Assembly (NCBI GenBank): GCA_019455555.1
Contig: JAGFMF010011380.1
Span: 14,974,053-15,038,052, forward strand
Origin: Galemys pyrenaicus
Lineage: Eukaryota
Direction of reading: 5' to 3'
DNA length: 64,000 nucleotides
The notes under the pieces are model-generated. The model was given only the letters and a program-made list of their open reading frames with translations. It was not told the DNA's origin and did not search any database. Shown here in pieces: positions 12,876-24,966 of this stretch (position 1 is the stretch's first letter; each line of letters opens with the position of its first letter). Made by a program: the position numbers and the translations under genes.

Positions 12876-14737
12876 GTTATATATGCTTTCAGCATTTTTC
12901 TGAAGAGTTGTGTGCTATTTTAAACTATTTAAATATTATCTATTATCTTTGCATGCTTTATGCTGGACAGTATACTTTGGAAAGAAATAGCTGGGTATTT
13001 AAAACCTTGCACAAAAGCAGTTTTGTGTAAAGCACAATTGAGATGCATTCTTTTGTATCAATTATATTTTCTCTTGTACTGTTTCATGTTCTATTTTTTT
13101 TTTAACACAATGTGGATGAAATTGTCTTCTAAAATTTTACAATATTATTACTTTTTTTTGCAGATTTTTAAAATCTTGAGTTGGGGGTTATAAAGTAATA
13201 GTCTCATCACTTTTTTCAAAAGTATGACTGATAATGGAATTTATTTCAGTTTATGGCATTCATTGCAGTGTGGGAAATTTCAACATTAACTGTAATTTTT
13301 AAGTGATTGCACTTATATACTTTTCCCATCAATTTTATTCACACAATCCGTAAGTGGGTTTTAGCTTTGTATTTTGCCTCAAAGCTGAATTAAGATTGGG
13401 AGAAATGCGCTCTTTTGACGTTAATATCAAGCTATATTTGGCCAAGGCTGGGAAATTCCTTAAGATTCAAGAACATTTGAAAACCTATGCATAGAGATGT
13501 CTTAATTTCCTGAACATTCTATTGTCCGGCTCAACTCTGGCTCCAAGAATAGAATTCTACACAGCTATTTCCCTGCATCAAGAAAATTCTTGTTCCAGTT
13601 CTTATCACGTTTACCTGGGGATCAGTCAGCTTCTGAGTAACAGTCAAATGGGGAGCATCTGTGAACTCCCTAGTTACTCAGTTTTTAGTGGTTTTGTATA
13701 CTTAAGTTTCTGACTGTTTCAGTCATTTTTTTTCCCTGTGAATTAGTATAACAAAGATTTTTAATGTCCTTTGGTTAAAAGTGTAGAAATTAAAAATAGT
13801 AAAAGCTTTTTTAAAAAGTGTGAATTTGTCATGTGTTATTGTAATTCTTTGCTTAAAAAGTTAATATGAAACAATTGTAGGATTATAATATTACAATATT
13901 GTTTCTTTTTGTGTCATGTTTGGAAACATGGAGTTTAAAGGCTGTAGGATTTAGGTTTCATATGCTTTTTGTAACTAAAATGCATAAAATAAAGGAATAT
14001 TTCCCTAGTTTTATTTTAGTACTTTATTTTGTCAGAATTTCCCTATTTTTGTTTGTTTTCAAAGTAAATGCATTGATTTTCTTGACACATTCAATAATTT
14101 GAAGAAGTTTTAGGTGATTCATAATACTGCTCCATTAGTTGATTTTTCTATTTAAAATCAGTGCTGAATATTTAGTGGAAGAGGTGAAATACTTGTCTTT
14201 AAAATATCAGTAATAGTGAAACCTTACCTGTTTTACATGAAATTGAATTAAAAATGATTAAGGACAATTATTGAAATACCGGATCTTGTTTCTCAAATAC
14301 TAATTGAAGTACCTTTGTATTTTATTCAGAGACGTACTTGAATATTTCATTATCTTCATTCTTACATGTAAAATGTGGAATAGTTGCTAAATATCAATAG
14401 GAATGTTTAATAGCAGCTAATTTATAAGTGGTTAGATTGGTAATTACAGCCTACATTCTGAAGGAGAAAAAGAACATTAATGTGTGAAAGGAAATAAGTT
14501 TGGAAAGTGAGCAAATATATGGATAAACTTAAGTTTTGAAACTTTGTATCAAATGAGACCAGTGAAAAATGAAAGGGATACATTCTGCAATTAAAAAGAT
14601 ACTTTCAAGGGGAGGGATACCTTGGTATTTAAATATTTTTATTGTTTTACAAGTTGGTTCCAGTAGCTAATAATAAAAACCTATTTCTGAAATTAGGACG
14701 GTAGCAAGGACTTAAAAAACTTAAACTTTGTATTTTC

Positions 14738-15010
14738 TTTTTTTTTAAGATTTATTTATTTATGAACACAAGAGCTGGGGTACAGGCCAGAGTCATGGGA
14801 TTTGAGAGGATCCACCAGACAGAGTTGGGAGCAGAACAGGCAGACTGACTGAAGCACACTGCTGAGGGGAGCAGCGGGCGAGGCAGGAGAGATCTGCTGT
14901 GTTATGTGGGTCCCCTCCCTGGTCTGCAGCAGGGATCAAATTCATGCTGCTGTGGCTGCGGTTTGCTTCATAGTGTGTTGCTTAACCCACTGTGCCACCA
15001 GGGAGGCCCT
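14738..15010 (-). mobile_element. tRNA-derived SINE copy, full length
   Basis: Perfect 15-bp TSD aaactttgtattttc at 14723-14737 and 15011-15025. The RC head ccaccagggaggccc and the poly-T/aagatttatttatttatg tail are present. Confidence 0.85.
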
Positions 15011-17129
15011 AAACTTTGTATTTTCAAGAATAAGATCATATTCAGAAAAGCTAGTCATGTTATCTCTAGATTCAATAGTTAGTGTTTTCCTTCCTAGTTA
15101 TGTAGATATTTTTACACGTGGTCTCATTTTGGGGGTCTTGGGATGGACAAACTGTTTCAAAACAAGTAGCAGTTCAATTTTTTCAGTTATAGTTTTTAGT
15201 GTGGTTTATTTTATTTTAAGCAAATCTTGATCAAGTAAATTGGTGGTTTCATACATTTCAAGAGCATTATTGTCAACTTCCTTTATTACTAATTTTTTAA
15301 AAATAGGAAACAATTTTAATGTACTCAACATACTGTTTTTCCCAGTTGTGAAAATGAGGTATGTGTATAGTTTCCCAGTGGAATGTGGTTAGATATTTGT
15401 AGAATTTTACTCTCAGGAAATAAGAATTTCCCTATTCTTATAGCATCTTATTTTTAAGATAATATCTTTTAAAGTCTTGAGTGTATGCATTAAAATATTA
15501 TAGTTGAATATTTAAAGGTCCTATTAGAGAGCTGTGTTATATTGGGAGTGCTTTTCAACCCTTTATCATTTTCTGTAAAACCGTATTTATTCTTAGTGTT
15601 TCTTTTTTGATTGAAAAACTTACTCCTTGATTATCTTTCTTCATTGGGAAAAATTTTCAAAATGTACTTTACATAATCTTGAAGTTTTTCTTTTCAATGA
15701 CAAATATTTTCCAAATAGAGGAAAGTGTTTAAGTAATTTAGCCAAAGTTCATGCATAGCCATTAAAAAGAAAATAGGAAAACTTCAGTATACTTTTATTT
15801 TAGGACTTGAATAACTACTATCACTAACTTCCTCTTTGTAGTAAAGAGTTGAATCTTAAATGTGTTCTGATCATGCTTGTACATATAAATAAAATTTTAG
15901 TTCTGTCATGCAGTTCTGTCTAAAAGTTGAGATACAAATTTGTAAGGTTAGGGAGATAAAAGCTTGAAGTACATTGTAGAAGTGTATTTTATTTTTAAAA
16001 AAATTGTCACTAAATGTAATCATTGATAATAATGTAGGTGGACTCTGCTACTCTGTGTGAGTTATTAGTGGTATAGAAGCCTTTGAAATTAATATTTACC
16101 TAAATTATGTTTATAGTACTGAAATTATCATTACAGAATCAAGTTCACAGTTTCATACATGTATATGAGGTAATATAAAAAAAAAACAATGAGTAGCCCA
16201 TTAATGCATTATGTTTTATGTTATATCTGACTTGTTCTTTCTTTTATGCAGTATGTCAGCCAGTTAAACTTTTGGGAATATGAATGAGAATTTCACATGA
16301 AAATAAAGAAAACATTTTATTGTTCATTTTACCACAGTGATTATACTTAATTTTTCTTCACTCTGTTCTCAGATAAATTATTGGATAATGTAAGTCCATA
16401 TCAAATATGAAACATTTAGATTTGCAAATGTTGCTTTGTGTTTTATGTAATGAGAAAAAGTCATAAAGATTCTCTTAAGTGATTTCTGTTGTTTTTAGTG
16501 TTGAAGGGAGTAGTAATTTGCCAAATGATTATTTACTCTGTAATGTTAGTTCAAGTTGGTTACAATATTTACTTAACTGTAGATTTGTCAATAGTATTTC
16601 AACCATTAGGATTACTCGGCCTGATAAGTTTAGCAAACTGAGCCTAAATCGTAGTAATTGTCTACCAAATGATGGTCATACTGAGTCTATGAGGAGCCAT
16701 GCCATTCAGAATTTTACTGTATCAGTTTTTATCTTGTGCCAGTATGTACTGAGAGGTCCTGTTGTGTACTGGGCCTATTTTAGGATGGAGATACAGCAGT
16801 GGAAAAAACAAAATCCCTGCAGTAAATTAAAGGACATCAGTGGTTAACATTCTTCTAAGTCATTGGTTCTCACAATTCTGTGTGCTTTTAGTATCAACTG
16901 GAGAACTAATTGAAACAGATTTCTTGGATCTTCCCACTCTTTCTGACTCAGCAGGTCTCAGATGGAACTAAACAATATTCATTTTAAATTCATTCTTGGG
17001 TAATAGTCATGTTGGATTTGGAGATTCCAGTTGTAGAATCTCTAGTCTATAGTGTTACTCAGGATACGTTTTGGTTGATCATTTTTGGTTGTAGTGGCAT
17101 AGATGAATATTCTCTAATATTTTTTTAAG

Positions 17130-17258
17130 GATCTTTGTCCAGTCATTGACAATGTAAAGCACCCACAAAGTTTCACAGCTACTGACAGTTTACAAATGCT
17201 GCAAAAAGTCTTAATTTTGATTAGACAGTGTCATGATTATTGTGAGCTTTTATACAAG
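17130..17258 (+). other. Exon-like open segment (candidate unannotated or alternative exon, possibly an alternative 3' exon of PSPC1)
   Basis: Strong acceptor tctctaatatttttttaag|GATCTT and donor TACAAG|gtatgtat. The 129-nt length is an exact multiple of 3 and one frame is fully open: DLCPVIDNVKHPQSFTATDSLQMLQKVLILIRQCHDYCELLYK. I recognise no homolog from memory, and the open frame could be chance in an AT-rich region. Confidence 0.2.
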
Positions 17259-18900
17259 GTATGTATAAGTTAAATGTTTTTGAATTAAGCTCTCATTGTT
17301 GTGTTCACAAGCCTAGTTAACTCAAGTGCAGAGGGACTATAATAGAAAAGTAAATTTTGAGTATTTTATAAAAGTTTTTCACTTTACTAACTTTTCAGCT
17401 GTCTATACCAGTAAGATAAATGGAATAATGGAATGATCTGGTGGTGTATCTGTATAATTGAACATACTTATACTTGAAAGGGTAAATATATTAAACTGCC
17501 GTGGTCTTTGCTATCCTGGTAATTATTAATATGATGACACCATTTTGATGGATTCAAATAACTTCCCAGTAAGGTTATCTTTTGCTTTTCTAGATTGAAG
17601 ATAAGGGTTTGATGTATAGTCAAGACCATGGATGTATGTATTAAATGTAATTTGCTTTGGTTTACAGCTTTATTCTTTGTTAGTCACTTAAGTTATATTT
17701 GTGAAGAAGTTCAATAAATGGGAATGGTTAAGTAATTTTATGGTAAAAAGTCATAACCTGCCTTGTGAGATTTGACAAAGACATTTATACAACATGTGTG
17801 TGTGTGTCTGTGTATATATGTATATGAATGGTTCAGTTTCAAAGTTATGTAGTGCATTAAAATAAGTGGTCTATAATGCAATCACATGTTGCTACAGTGA
17901 CAAGTTTCTTCCCCAAAAATGTCATTATGTAACTGTAAAAAAACCCACCTGGTTTGCAGTTTTCTAAATGTCCTAAAAGGTAGTTTTTCAAACATTGACT
18001 TTGGTCTGTATTTGCTATGAATATCTGTGTCTAGTAAACAAATGTTTCAGTTATAATTTAGATGTTACTTGGGGATTTCTGTCTGTCCTGCTTCCCCAAA
18101 ACTACCCTAGCTTAGCATTTTCTCAGTGTTCCTGAGAAATTGATACTGACTAAGATTTTGTGATTTTTGTAAACTAAAGATGGATTTGTTTTTGGGGGGT
18201 ACATTATCTGTGGTCAATGAGTTATCTCACTGTTCTATGTATTTAACATTGCACCAACCTGCCTGTCCCCCCCCCCTTTTTTTTTAAAACCCCTTATTTC
18301 CTATTTTTCTGGCTCCTGAAATCAGAGGACATAAAGAGAATTCACTTCTACCCCAGGGTGACTTATAAACCTATCTTCCAACTGAGGAGTTCTCATGGAG
18401 CATAGTGTGAAATAAAATGGAAGTAAAACTTTGTTTCATTTCTCATCTTTTAAAACAAATTTATGTGAATATATATTTTGATACATTTGGTTATGTTTTA
18501 CTGAGGTAACTGATTTACAACAGTGTTTATGATTTTAGGGGTATTGGTTCACACCACTTCATATATATGTATGTTAACCATAGCCATCACCAGATCACCC
18601 ATAATCCTTCACCAGAACCCATTAGGCCCCCATGTCCTTTTTTGGATTCCCTCACCCTCGAGCTCATCCTCTAGTTGCCTGAATTTTGTAGTCAGAGATC
18701 TCGGTTTTGTTTGATTTAGTTTCATCATATGTTCTTTTGTTTATTTAAATTATACATGAGTGAGATGATCCAGTATTTGTCTGACTTACTTTGTTAAGCG
18801 TAATCTCTAGTTCCATGCATGTTGTTCCAAGTGGCAACAACCTGCTTATTTTATACTTGAGTAGTATCTTGTTGAGTACAACAAGATACAACGCATTCCC

Positions 18901-19144
18901 TTTTTTTTCTTTTTAAGATTTCATGTATACAAGAACTGGGGTGTAGACCAGAGGTTTGGGGGGACGAGAGGATTTACCAGAGATTGTGGAGAGTAGAGCA
19001 AGCAGATCTATTGAAATACATTGCTGAGCCAGCATGATGGGAGAGGTCTGCTACACCCTGTGGTTTAGCTCCCTGGCCATGCCACAGTGGCTGGCCATAG
19101 CTTGTTAGTGCTGAGACTTTAACACCTGTACCCCCAGGGAGGCC
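18901..19144 (-). mobile_element. tRNA-derived SINE copy, older/diverged subfamily (…gctgagactttaac… head)
   Basis: About 75% similar to the family consensus. It is nested in the antisense L1. Confidence 0.6.
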
Positions 19145-19743
19145 ATTACACCATATTTTTTAATGCACTCATATGTTGTGCACAGAGGTTGTTTCCATAA
19201 CTTTGCTGTTTTAGATAGTGCTGTAATGAGTATAGGAGTGCATCTATCCCTTTGAATTGATGTTTTTGCATTCTGCTGTAGGTACCTACGAGTGGAATCA
19301 ATGAATCGTATGATAGATCTGTTTTTATAGGGGTTGTACCAGTTTCATTCTTGCCACCACTTTTTTCTAGTCTTTGATGTTGGCCATTTTCATGTGTTTG
19401 ATATCATCCTGCTTTTAATTTGCATTTCTGTGAGAAGTGCTGATGAGCAATTTTTCCTTTATCTGTTGGCCACCTGTTTGTCTTCTTCAGAGATGTGTCT
19501 TTTTAGTGTTCTGCCTGTTTTTTTGGTTGGGTTATATGTTTTCTTGTTGAATTCTTTGTAGATCATCTATATTAGCCCCTTGTCAGATGTATGATGTGTG
19601 CAGATATTTTTTCCTGTTTAGTTAGGGTATCTTATTTTAATGATGATTAAAATGATTTCAGTGTACAGAAACTTTTTAATTTGATGTAATGTCATTTTTT
19701 ATTTTGTTTCCATTATCTTTGGTGTTAAGTTCCCAGAGACATT

Positions 19744-20017
19744 TTTTTTTTTCCAAAGATTTTATTTATTCATGCAAGAGCTGGGGTACAGGCCAGAGTT
19801 ATGGGAGGTGAGAGCATCCACCAGAGTGGGGAGCAGAACAGGCAGACTGACTGAAACACACTGCCGAGGGCAGCAGTGCAGTTGGCGAGGCAGGAGAGGT
19901 CTGCTGCACCATGTAGGTCCCCTCCCTGGCCGGCAGCAGGGATCAAACTCATGCTGCAGTGGCTGCAGTTTGCTTCATAGTGTGTTGCTTAACCCACTGC
20001 GCCACCAGGGAGGCCCC
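19744..20017 (-). mobile_element. tRNA-derived SINE copy, full length
   Basis: 12-bp TSD cccagagacatt at 19732-19743 and 20018-20029. Confidence 0.85.
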
Positions 20018-20572
20018 CCCAGAGACATTCTTGAAGCCAATTTCTTGGTGTGTTTTTGTTGGTTTTCTCTGTTCTTTGGTTTCTGGCCCGACATCCAGGT
20101 CTGTAATTTATTTTTGAGTTGGTGTGAATTGTGATCTGCACTTGATCTTAGCCAAAAGGCCTAGAAGAGAATGTGATCTAGTTTCATGCTTTGGCATGTG
20201 ATTATCCAGTTTTTCAAAAGTGTTCATTGATGGTGACTTCGTCCATTGTATACGTGTCTCTTTTGTTGTGCTCTGAATACTACTCTTTATACCAAAACCA
20301 TAAATTTTTGATTTGTGTATCTTTGTGTAGTATAGATTGAAGTCTGGTCCTTTCCCTTTTTTTTCGGTCAGGATTGCTTTAGCTAGGTCCTTGTGGTACA
20401 TGCAAATATGTTCGGTTTGTCTCTTTGAGGAATGCCATTGGAACTTTGATACTGATTACATTGCATCTGTGTATTGCTTTGGGTAAGATGGCCATTTGAA
20501 CATTGTTAATTGGGTATAAGTTTCCATATCTTTGTATTTTTATTTAACAGTGCCTTTCATTTGTACAACTAA

Positions 20573-20840
20573 TTTTTTTAAAAAATGATTTATTTATGCA
20601 TACAAGAACTGGGGTACAGGCCAGAGGTGTGGGGAGTGGGAGGATTCACCAGAGACAGAGTGGGGAACAGAACAGGCAGACTGACTGAAATACACTGCTG
20701 AGGGGGGCAGTGGACAAGGCAGGTGAAGTCTGCTGCACCATGTGCGTCACCTCGTGACTGAGGATCAAACTAGTGCTGGCGTGGCTGTGTGATAGCTTCA
20801 CAGTGCTGAGACTTAACCTCTTGTGCCACCAGGGAGGCCC
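20573..20840 (-). mobile_element. tRNA-derived SINE copy, older subfamily (gttaagtctcagcactgtgaagctatc head variant)
   Basis: Tail tttaaaaaatgatttatttatgcatacaag and head RC …cttgtgccaccagggaggccc. It is nested in L1. Confidence 0.75.
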
Positions 20841-21259
20841 TGACTGGCAGTTTCTGTCTCTGAATTTTTTAAGCAGATCATTCTCCTCTTGCCTATAGAA
20901 TTTCTGCTGAAAAAAATTAAGTTTTGATGAAAATTATGACAAATGCCTGATGGAAGTACCATTGTTAAGTTTTCTTACCCTCTTTAATAATCATCCCCCC
21001 AGCTGCTTTTTATTTTGTTTGATTGAACTCTTGCAAGTTGCTTCTTGTCTGTCTCATTGCATTTACATAAACAGGTGTTCTTTTAGCTCCTTGGACTTGT
21101 ATATGTATTTCTTTACTGGTGTGTAGGGATTTTTCCTGTATTGTTTCTTTGAATAAGCTCTGTGTTCCCCTGTGTCTCTCTTTCCCTTCTGGTTATCCTT
21201 TTGTTGATTTTTTTTTTACATTTTATAACTTGCTCTTACTCTACCTGGATCCTTTTTAT

Positions 21260-21537
21260 TTTATTTTAAAGATTTATTTATTTATGCATACAAGCACTGG
21301 GGTACAGGCCAGAGGTGTGGGGGAGGGGGTGAGAGGATTCACCACAGAGAGCAGGGAGCAGAACAGGCAGATCAACAGACGTACATTGCTGAGGGGAGCA
21401 GAGTGCATAGGAGGAGAGGTCTGCCATGCCATGTGGGTCCCCTCCCTGGCCGGTGTCAGGGATCAAACACGTGCTGCAGTGGCTGAGGTTTGCTTCATAG
21501 TGCATTGCTTAACCCACTGCGCCACCAGGGAGGCCCC
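21260..21537 (-). mobile_element. tRNA-derived SINE copy, full length, gatcaacaga subfamily
   Basis: 16-bp TSD cctggatcctttttat at 21244-21259 and 21538-21553. Confidence 0.85.
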
Positions 21538-21615
21538 CCTGGATCCTTTTTATATGCTACCCTTTAAAGTTGCTGATTCTGTCCTCATTTGGTCTATTTT
21601 GCTTCCATAGTTTTC

Positions 21616-21893
21616 TTTTTTTTTTTTAAAGATTTATTTATTTATGCATACAAGCACTGGGGTACAGGCCAGAGGTGTGGGGGGGGGTGAGAGGATTCAC
21701 CACAGAGAGCGGGGAGCAGAACAGGCAGATCAACAGAAGTACACTGCTGAGGGGTGCAGCGGGCACAGCAGGAGAGGTCTGCTGCACCATGTGGGTCCCA
21801 CCCTGGCCAGCAGCAGGGATCAAACTCGTGCTACAGAGGCTGCTGTTTGCTTCATAGTGTGTTGCTTAACCCACTGCGCCACCAGGGAGGCCC
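21616..21893 (-). mobile_element. tRNA-derived SINE copy, full length, gatcaacaga subfamily
   Basis: 16-bp TSD tgcttccatagttttc at 21600-21615 and 21894-21909. It shares the diagnostic variants caagcactgggg, caccacagagagc and gatcaacaga with the copy 78 bp upstream. Confidence 0.85.
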
Positions 21894-22146
21894 TGCTTCC
21901 ATAGTTTTCTTTAGAACCTTTGGTCTCTATTGTTGAACTCTATATCCTGAATTAGTTACTTTTAACTTTTTTTTAAGCTTCAGGTTCTACCTTCAGTTTA
22001 TTCCTAAACTATTCAGTTTTCTAAATTTTATTGTAGCTCTTTGTTTAGATTTTCTGACTTCTCGTATCACTTTGCCTTGCTTTTTGTTTTTTTTTGTGTG
22101 TTTGTGTTTTTTTTGGTATTCCTATCAGTTTGGTGTGTGTGTGTGT

Positions 22147-22368
22147 AGATGAACTGGGATGTAGGCCAGAGTGCAGGGGTGGATTCCCCAGAGACAGAGT
22201 GGGGAGCAGAACAGGCAGATCGACTGAAATACACTGCTAGGGGGAACAGCAGGTGAAGCAGGAGCAGTCTGCTGTACCTTATGTGAGTTAGCTACCTGGC
22301 TGGGGATCAAACTCAGGCAATTGGAGTGATAGTGCTTAGAATTAACCCCTAGGCCACTAGGGAGGTCC
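22147..22368 (-). mobile_element. tRNA-derived SINE copy, 3'-truncated, older subfamily, preceded by (GT)n
   Basis: agatgaactgggatgtaggccagag … ccactagggaggtcc, with (GT)7 at 22133-22146. Confidence 0.65.
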
Positions 22369-22380
22369 TCTAACAGAGTT

Positions 22381-22636
22381 TTTTGTTTTTAAAGATTTTA
22401 TTTATGCATACAAGAGCTGGGGTACAGGCCAGAGGTTTGGGAGTGTGAGAGTACTCATTAGAGACAGAGTGGGGAGCAGAATAGGCAGATGAACTGAAAT
22501 ACCCTGCTGAGGGGGAACAGCAGGCGAGTCAGGAGAGGTCTGCTGTGCCATGTAGGTCACCTCCCTGGACGGGGTTCATACTCCTGCAGATAATTCATAG
22601 TGCGATGCTTAACTCCTTGTGCCACCATGGAGGCCC
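22381..22636 (-). mobile_element. tRNA-derived SINE copy
   Basis: Tail tttttaaagattttatttatgcatacaagagctggggtacaggccagagg and head RC gccaccatggaggccc. Confidence 0.75.
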
Positions 22637-23167
22637 AGATTTGTTTTTTTTTAAAAATTATTATGGCAATTTTTAAGTATATGATAGGGAGATACGGTCT
22701 TACATGTTTTTATTGTTGGCTTCTGTTGAGTTAGTCTCTCCTTTTGGTTTCATATTCCCTTGGGGGCCTGTCCAATGTGTTTTACCTTATCTGACCATTT
22801 TGCTGCTGCAAATTTCTCTTCTTAAAAATATCTATGGTGGTAACTTAGAGGCTTGAATTACTTTCCTTTTCCTGCTGCTGGTAGTTTGGTTTAATTGGAT
22901 TTCTTTGACTTTTGTTTTCCTTAACTACTGAGACCTATTTTTTGCAGTTGTTGATTCAGGTGACAAATGTCAGGTATGGGTCCTGGAGAGGTCAAGCTAC
23001 TAATTTATAAGTGCTGGGATGGGAGGTTGGGAATAGGCGGCTTGTGGTTTTAGCAGATCTGTGTGGAGTTCCTGTGTAGAATTCCAGAGCTAAGATTCTG
23101 CAGTCATTAGATGTCAGAGCTCTTTACCAACTTTACCATTTCCAAGGGAAGTTAAAAAAGGGGAGTT

Positions 23168-23446
23168 CAGGGCCCTCCCTGGTGGCGCAGTGGGTTAAGC
23201 AACACACTACGAAGGAAACAGCAGCCACTGCAGCAAGAGTTCGATCCCTGCTGCCGGCCAGGGAGGGGACCCACATGGTGTGGCAGACCTCTCCTGCTGT
23301 GCCCGATGCTCCCCTCAGCAGTGTGTTTCAGTTAGTCTGCCTGTTCTGCTCTCTACTCTGTCTGGTGAATCCTCTCACCTCCCTGGACTCTGGCCTGTAC
23401 CCCAGCTCTTGTATGCATAAATAGATAAATCTTTAAAAAAAAAAAA
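23168..23446 (+). mobile_element. tRNA-derived SINE copy, full length, + orientation
   Basis: Head gggccctccctggtggcgcagtgggttaagcaacacactacgaag and an A12 tail. TSD aaaaggggagt flanks both sides. Confidence 0.85.
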
Positions 23447-24695
23447 AGGGGAGTACAGTGTATAGTTGTATCTTCTCTGTTCTTTCTGGCAACCCTGCCT
23501 TTGTGTGTTTACCCCTATTCAAGGTTGTGTGCCTCTATACCATTTCTCCTCTCACCACCCTAGGGCCTTTAATTACACCATGCCTCTGTTCTGTGTGTTA
23601 TCCTACCCGGGATTGTGAGCTCACCACATTTCTGACTACCCCACTCTTAGTCAATGAAGTGTGACTCTTTTCTGTTCAGTCTGTGTTGGTCTCTGATGTC
23701 AAAGGTGTGTTTCGGTTTATTTTGAGCCACAAGACTGATTCTGTGTACAATGTTCCTCTAGGTAGCTGCGATAGATGTTCCCTGTAGTAGATAAGACAGG
23801 AGCTCACTGAATTCCCATTGTTGTCCATTCAGCAATTTAAGGTCTTTCTCACCTTTTGGTTTAGGCACAATCATGTTCTCTTCCTATCCCCTGTTTTCCT
23901 TCATTTACCAGTTCTTTCATTCTGTTCCTATAGTAGACTGAAGTTTAAGTCTTCATCTTCTAGTTAGGTCAAACGAGGAAAGACTCCTGGTGGTGCTTAA
24001 TTGAAAATGGAAATACAGTCATTTGTATCTCCACAAAGTTTTGTCCTTGTATACCCATAGGAATGATACTTTTCATTTTTTCTGTTCACTTATTACTAAT
24101 TCTCTTAAAAGTATTTTAACTTCATTGAGAATATTTGTATATTGCATTGTTTTATCTCTTAAAATGCTTAATTTTGCACGACTGCTGAAAAAGATGAATT
24201 TTGAAAAATTTCTACAATGTTTCATTCTATATAGAACGGACATTTTCGGATTCAGGTTTCCTTATTTCACTTTCCTTCTCCTACCCTCCCCCATCCCCAT
24301 ACATAATTTACTGATCTATATTATTCTACTAAGAAGCCATAAAAGTTTTAGATTATACTTCATCTGTTGCTGCACTTTAGATACATCCCTCTATCTTAAG
24401 AAAATTAAGTTTTTTTTTTTTAACTTTTTTATTATCTCACACTTGCCTTTATCTGGAACCATGAGTTGTTTTTTTTTTTTTTAAATTTAGGGAGAAGATC
24501 AGAAGTTACTAGAGAATGGCATACTCTGGATATTGGGGGTGGGAAGTATACTAGAAAAGATAAATGTTATATTTCTTAATTTCTGTCTCAAATATATTGT
24601 GCTTTCCTTTTTGGAGTAATAGATTCATCTATGTCCTAATATTTGTGCTATAATTGTTAGAGATAATGTAAACTAGGATATTTTAGTTTATAATG

Positions 24696-24966
24696 ATTTT
24701 TTTAAAGATTTATTTATTTATGCATTTAAGAACTGGGGTACAGGCCAGAAGTGCCCGAGTGACAGGATTCACCAGAGACAGAGTGGGGAACAGAATAGGG
24801 ACATCTACTGAAGTACACTGGTGAGGGGAGCAGTAGGCAAGATAGGAGAGGTCTGCTGCACCATGTGAGTTAGCTCTCTGTCTGGCCAGGGATTGAACTT
24901 GTGTTTTAGTGGCTGGCTATAGCTTGATTCTCCTGTGTCTTTAACCGCTGCACCACTAGGAAGGCC
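24696..24966 (-). mobile_element. tRNA-derived SINE copy, older subfamily
   Basis: tttttttaaagatttatttatttatgcatttaagaactggggtacaggccagaag … ccactaggaaggcc. Confidence 0.75.

Larger units (their letters stand above)
18270..24020 (-). mobile_element. Large LINE-1 body (ORF2 and 3' region, antisense) fragmented by at least 9 nested SINE insertions
   Basis: Non-SINE segments at 19150-19740, 20020-20572, 20845-21259, 21900-22130, 22640-23167 and 23450-24000 are colinear antisense L1 sequence. One example is gatcatctatattagccccttgtcagatg, the reverse complement of the L1 motif GGGCTAATATCCAGAATCTACAA. A poly-T at 18280 marks the antisense 3' end. Confidence 0.6.

Noticed and set aside
21119-21610. 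163-aa + strand ORF (and many similar ORFs, e.g. 19772-20134, 23182-23424, 56583-56921, 56613-56855, 49739-50023, 61468-61695, 60279-60533)
   Set aside because: These lie entirely within or across SINE copies, and their peptides (…GYRPEVWG…, …SLLPAREGTHMV…) recur with each copy. They are repeat-derived, not genes.
24023-24484. 153-aa + ORF
   Set aside because: It is AT-rich, low complexity and poly-F/L, continuous with the L1-derived sequence, with no homology or splice support.
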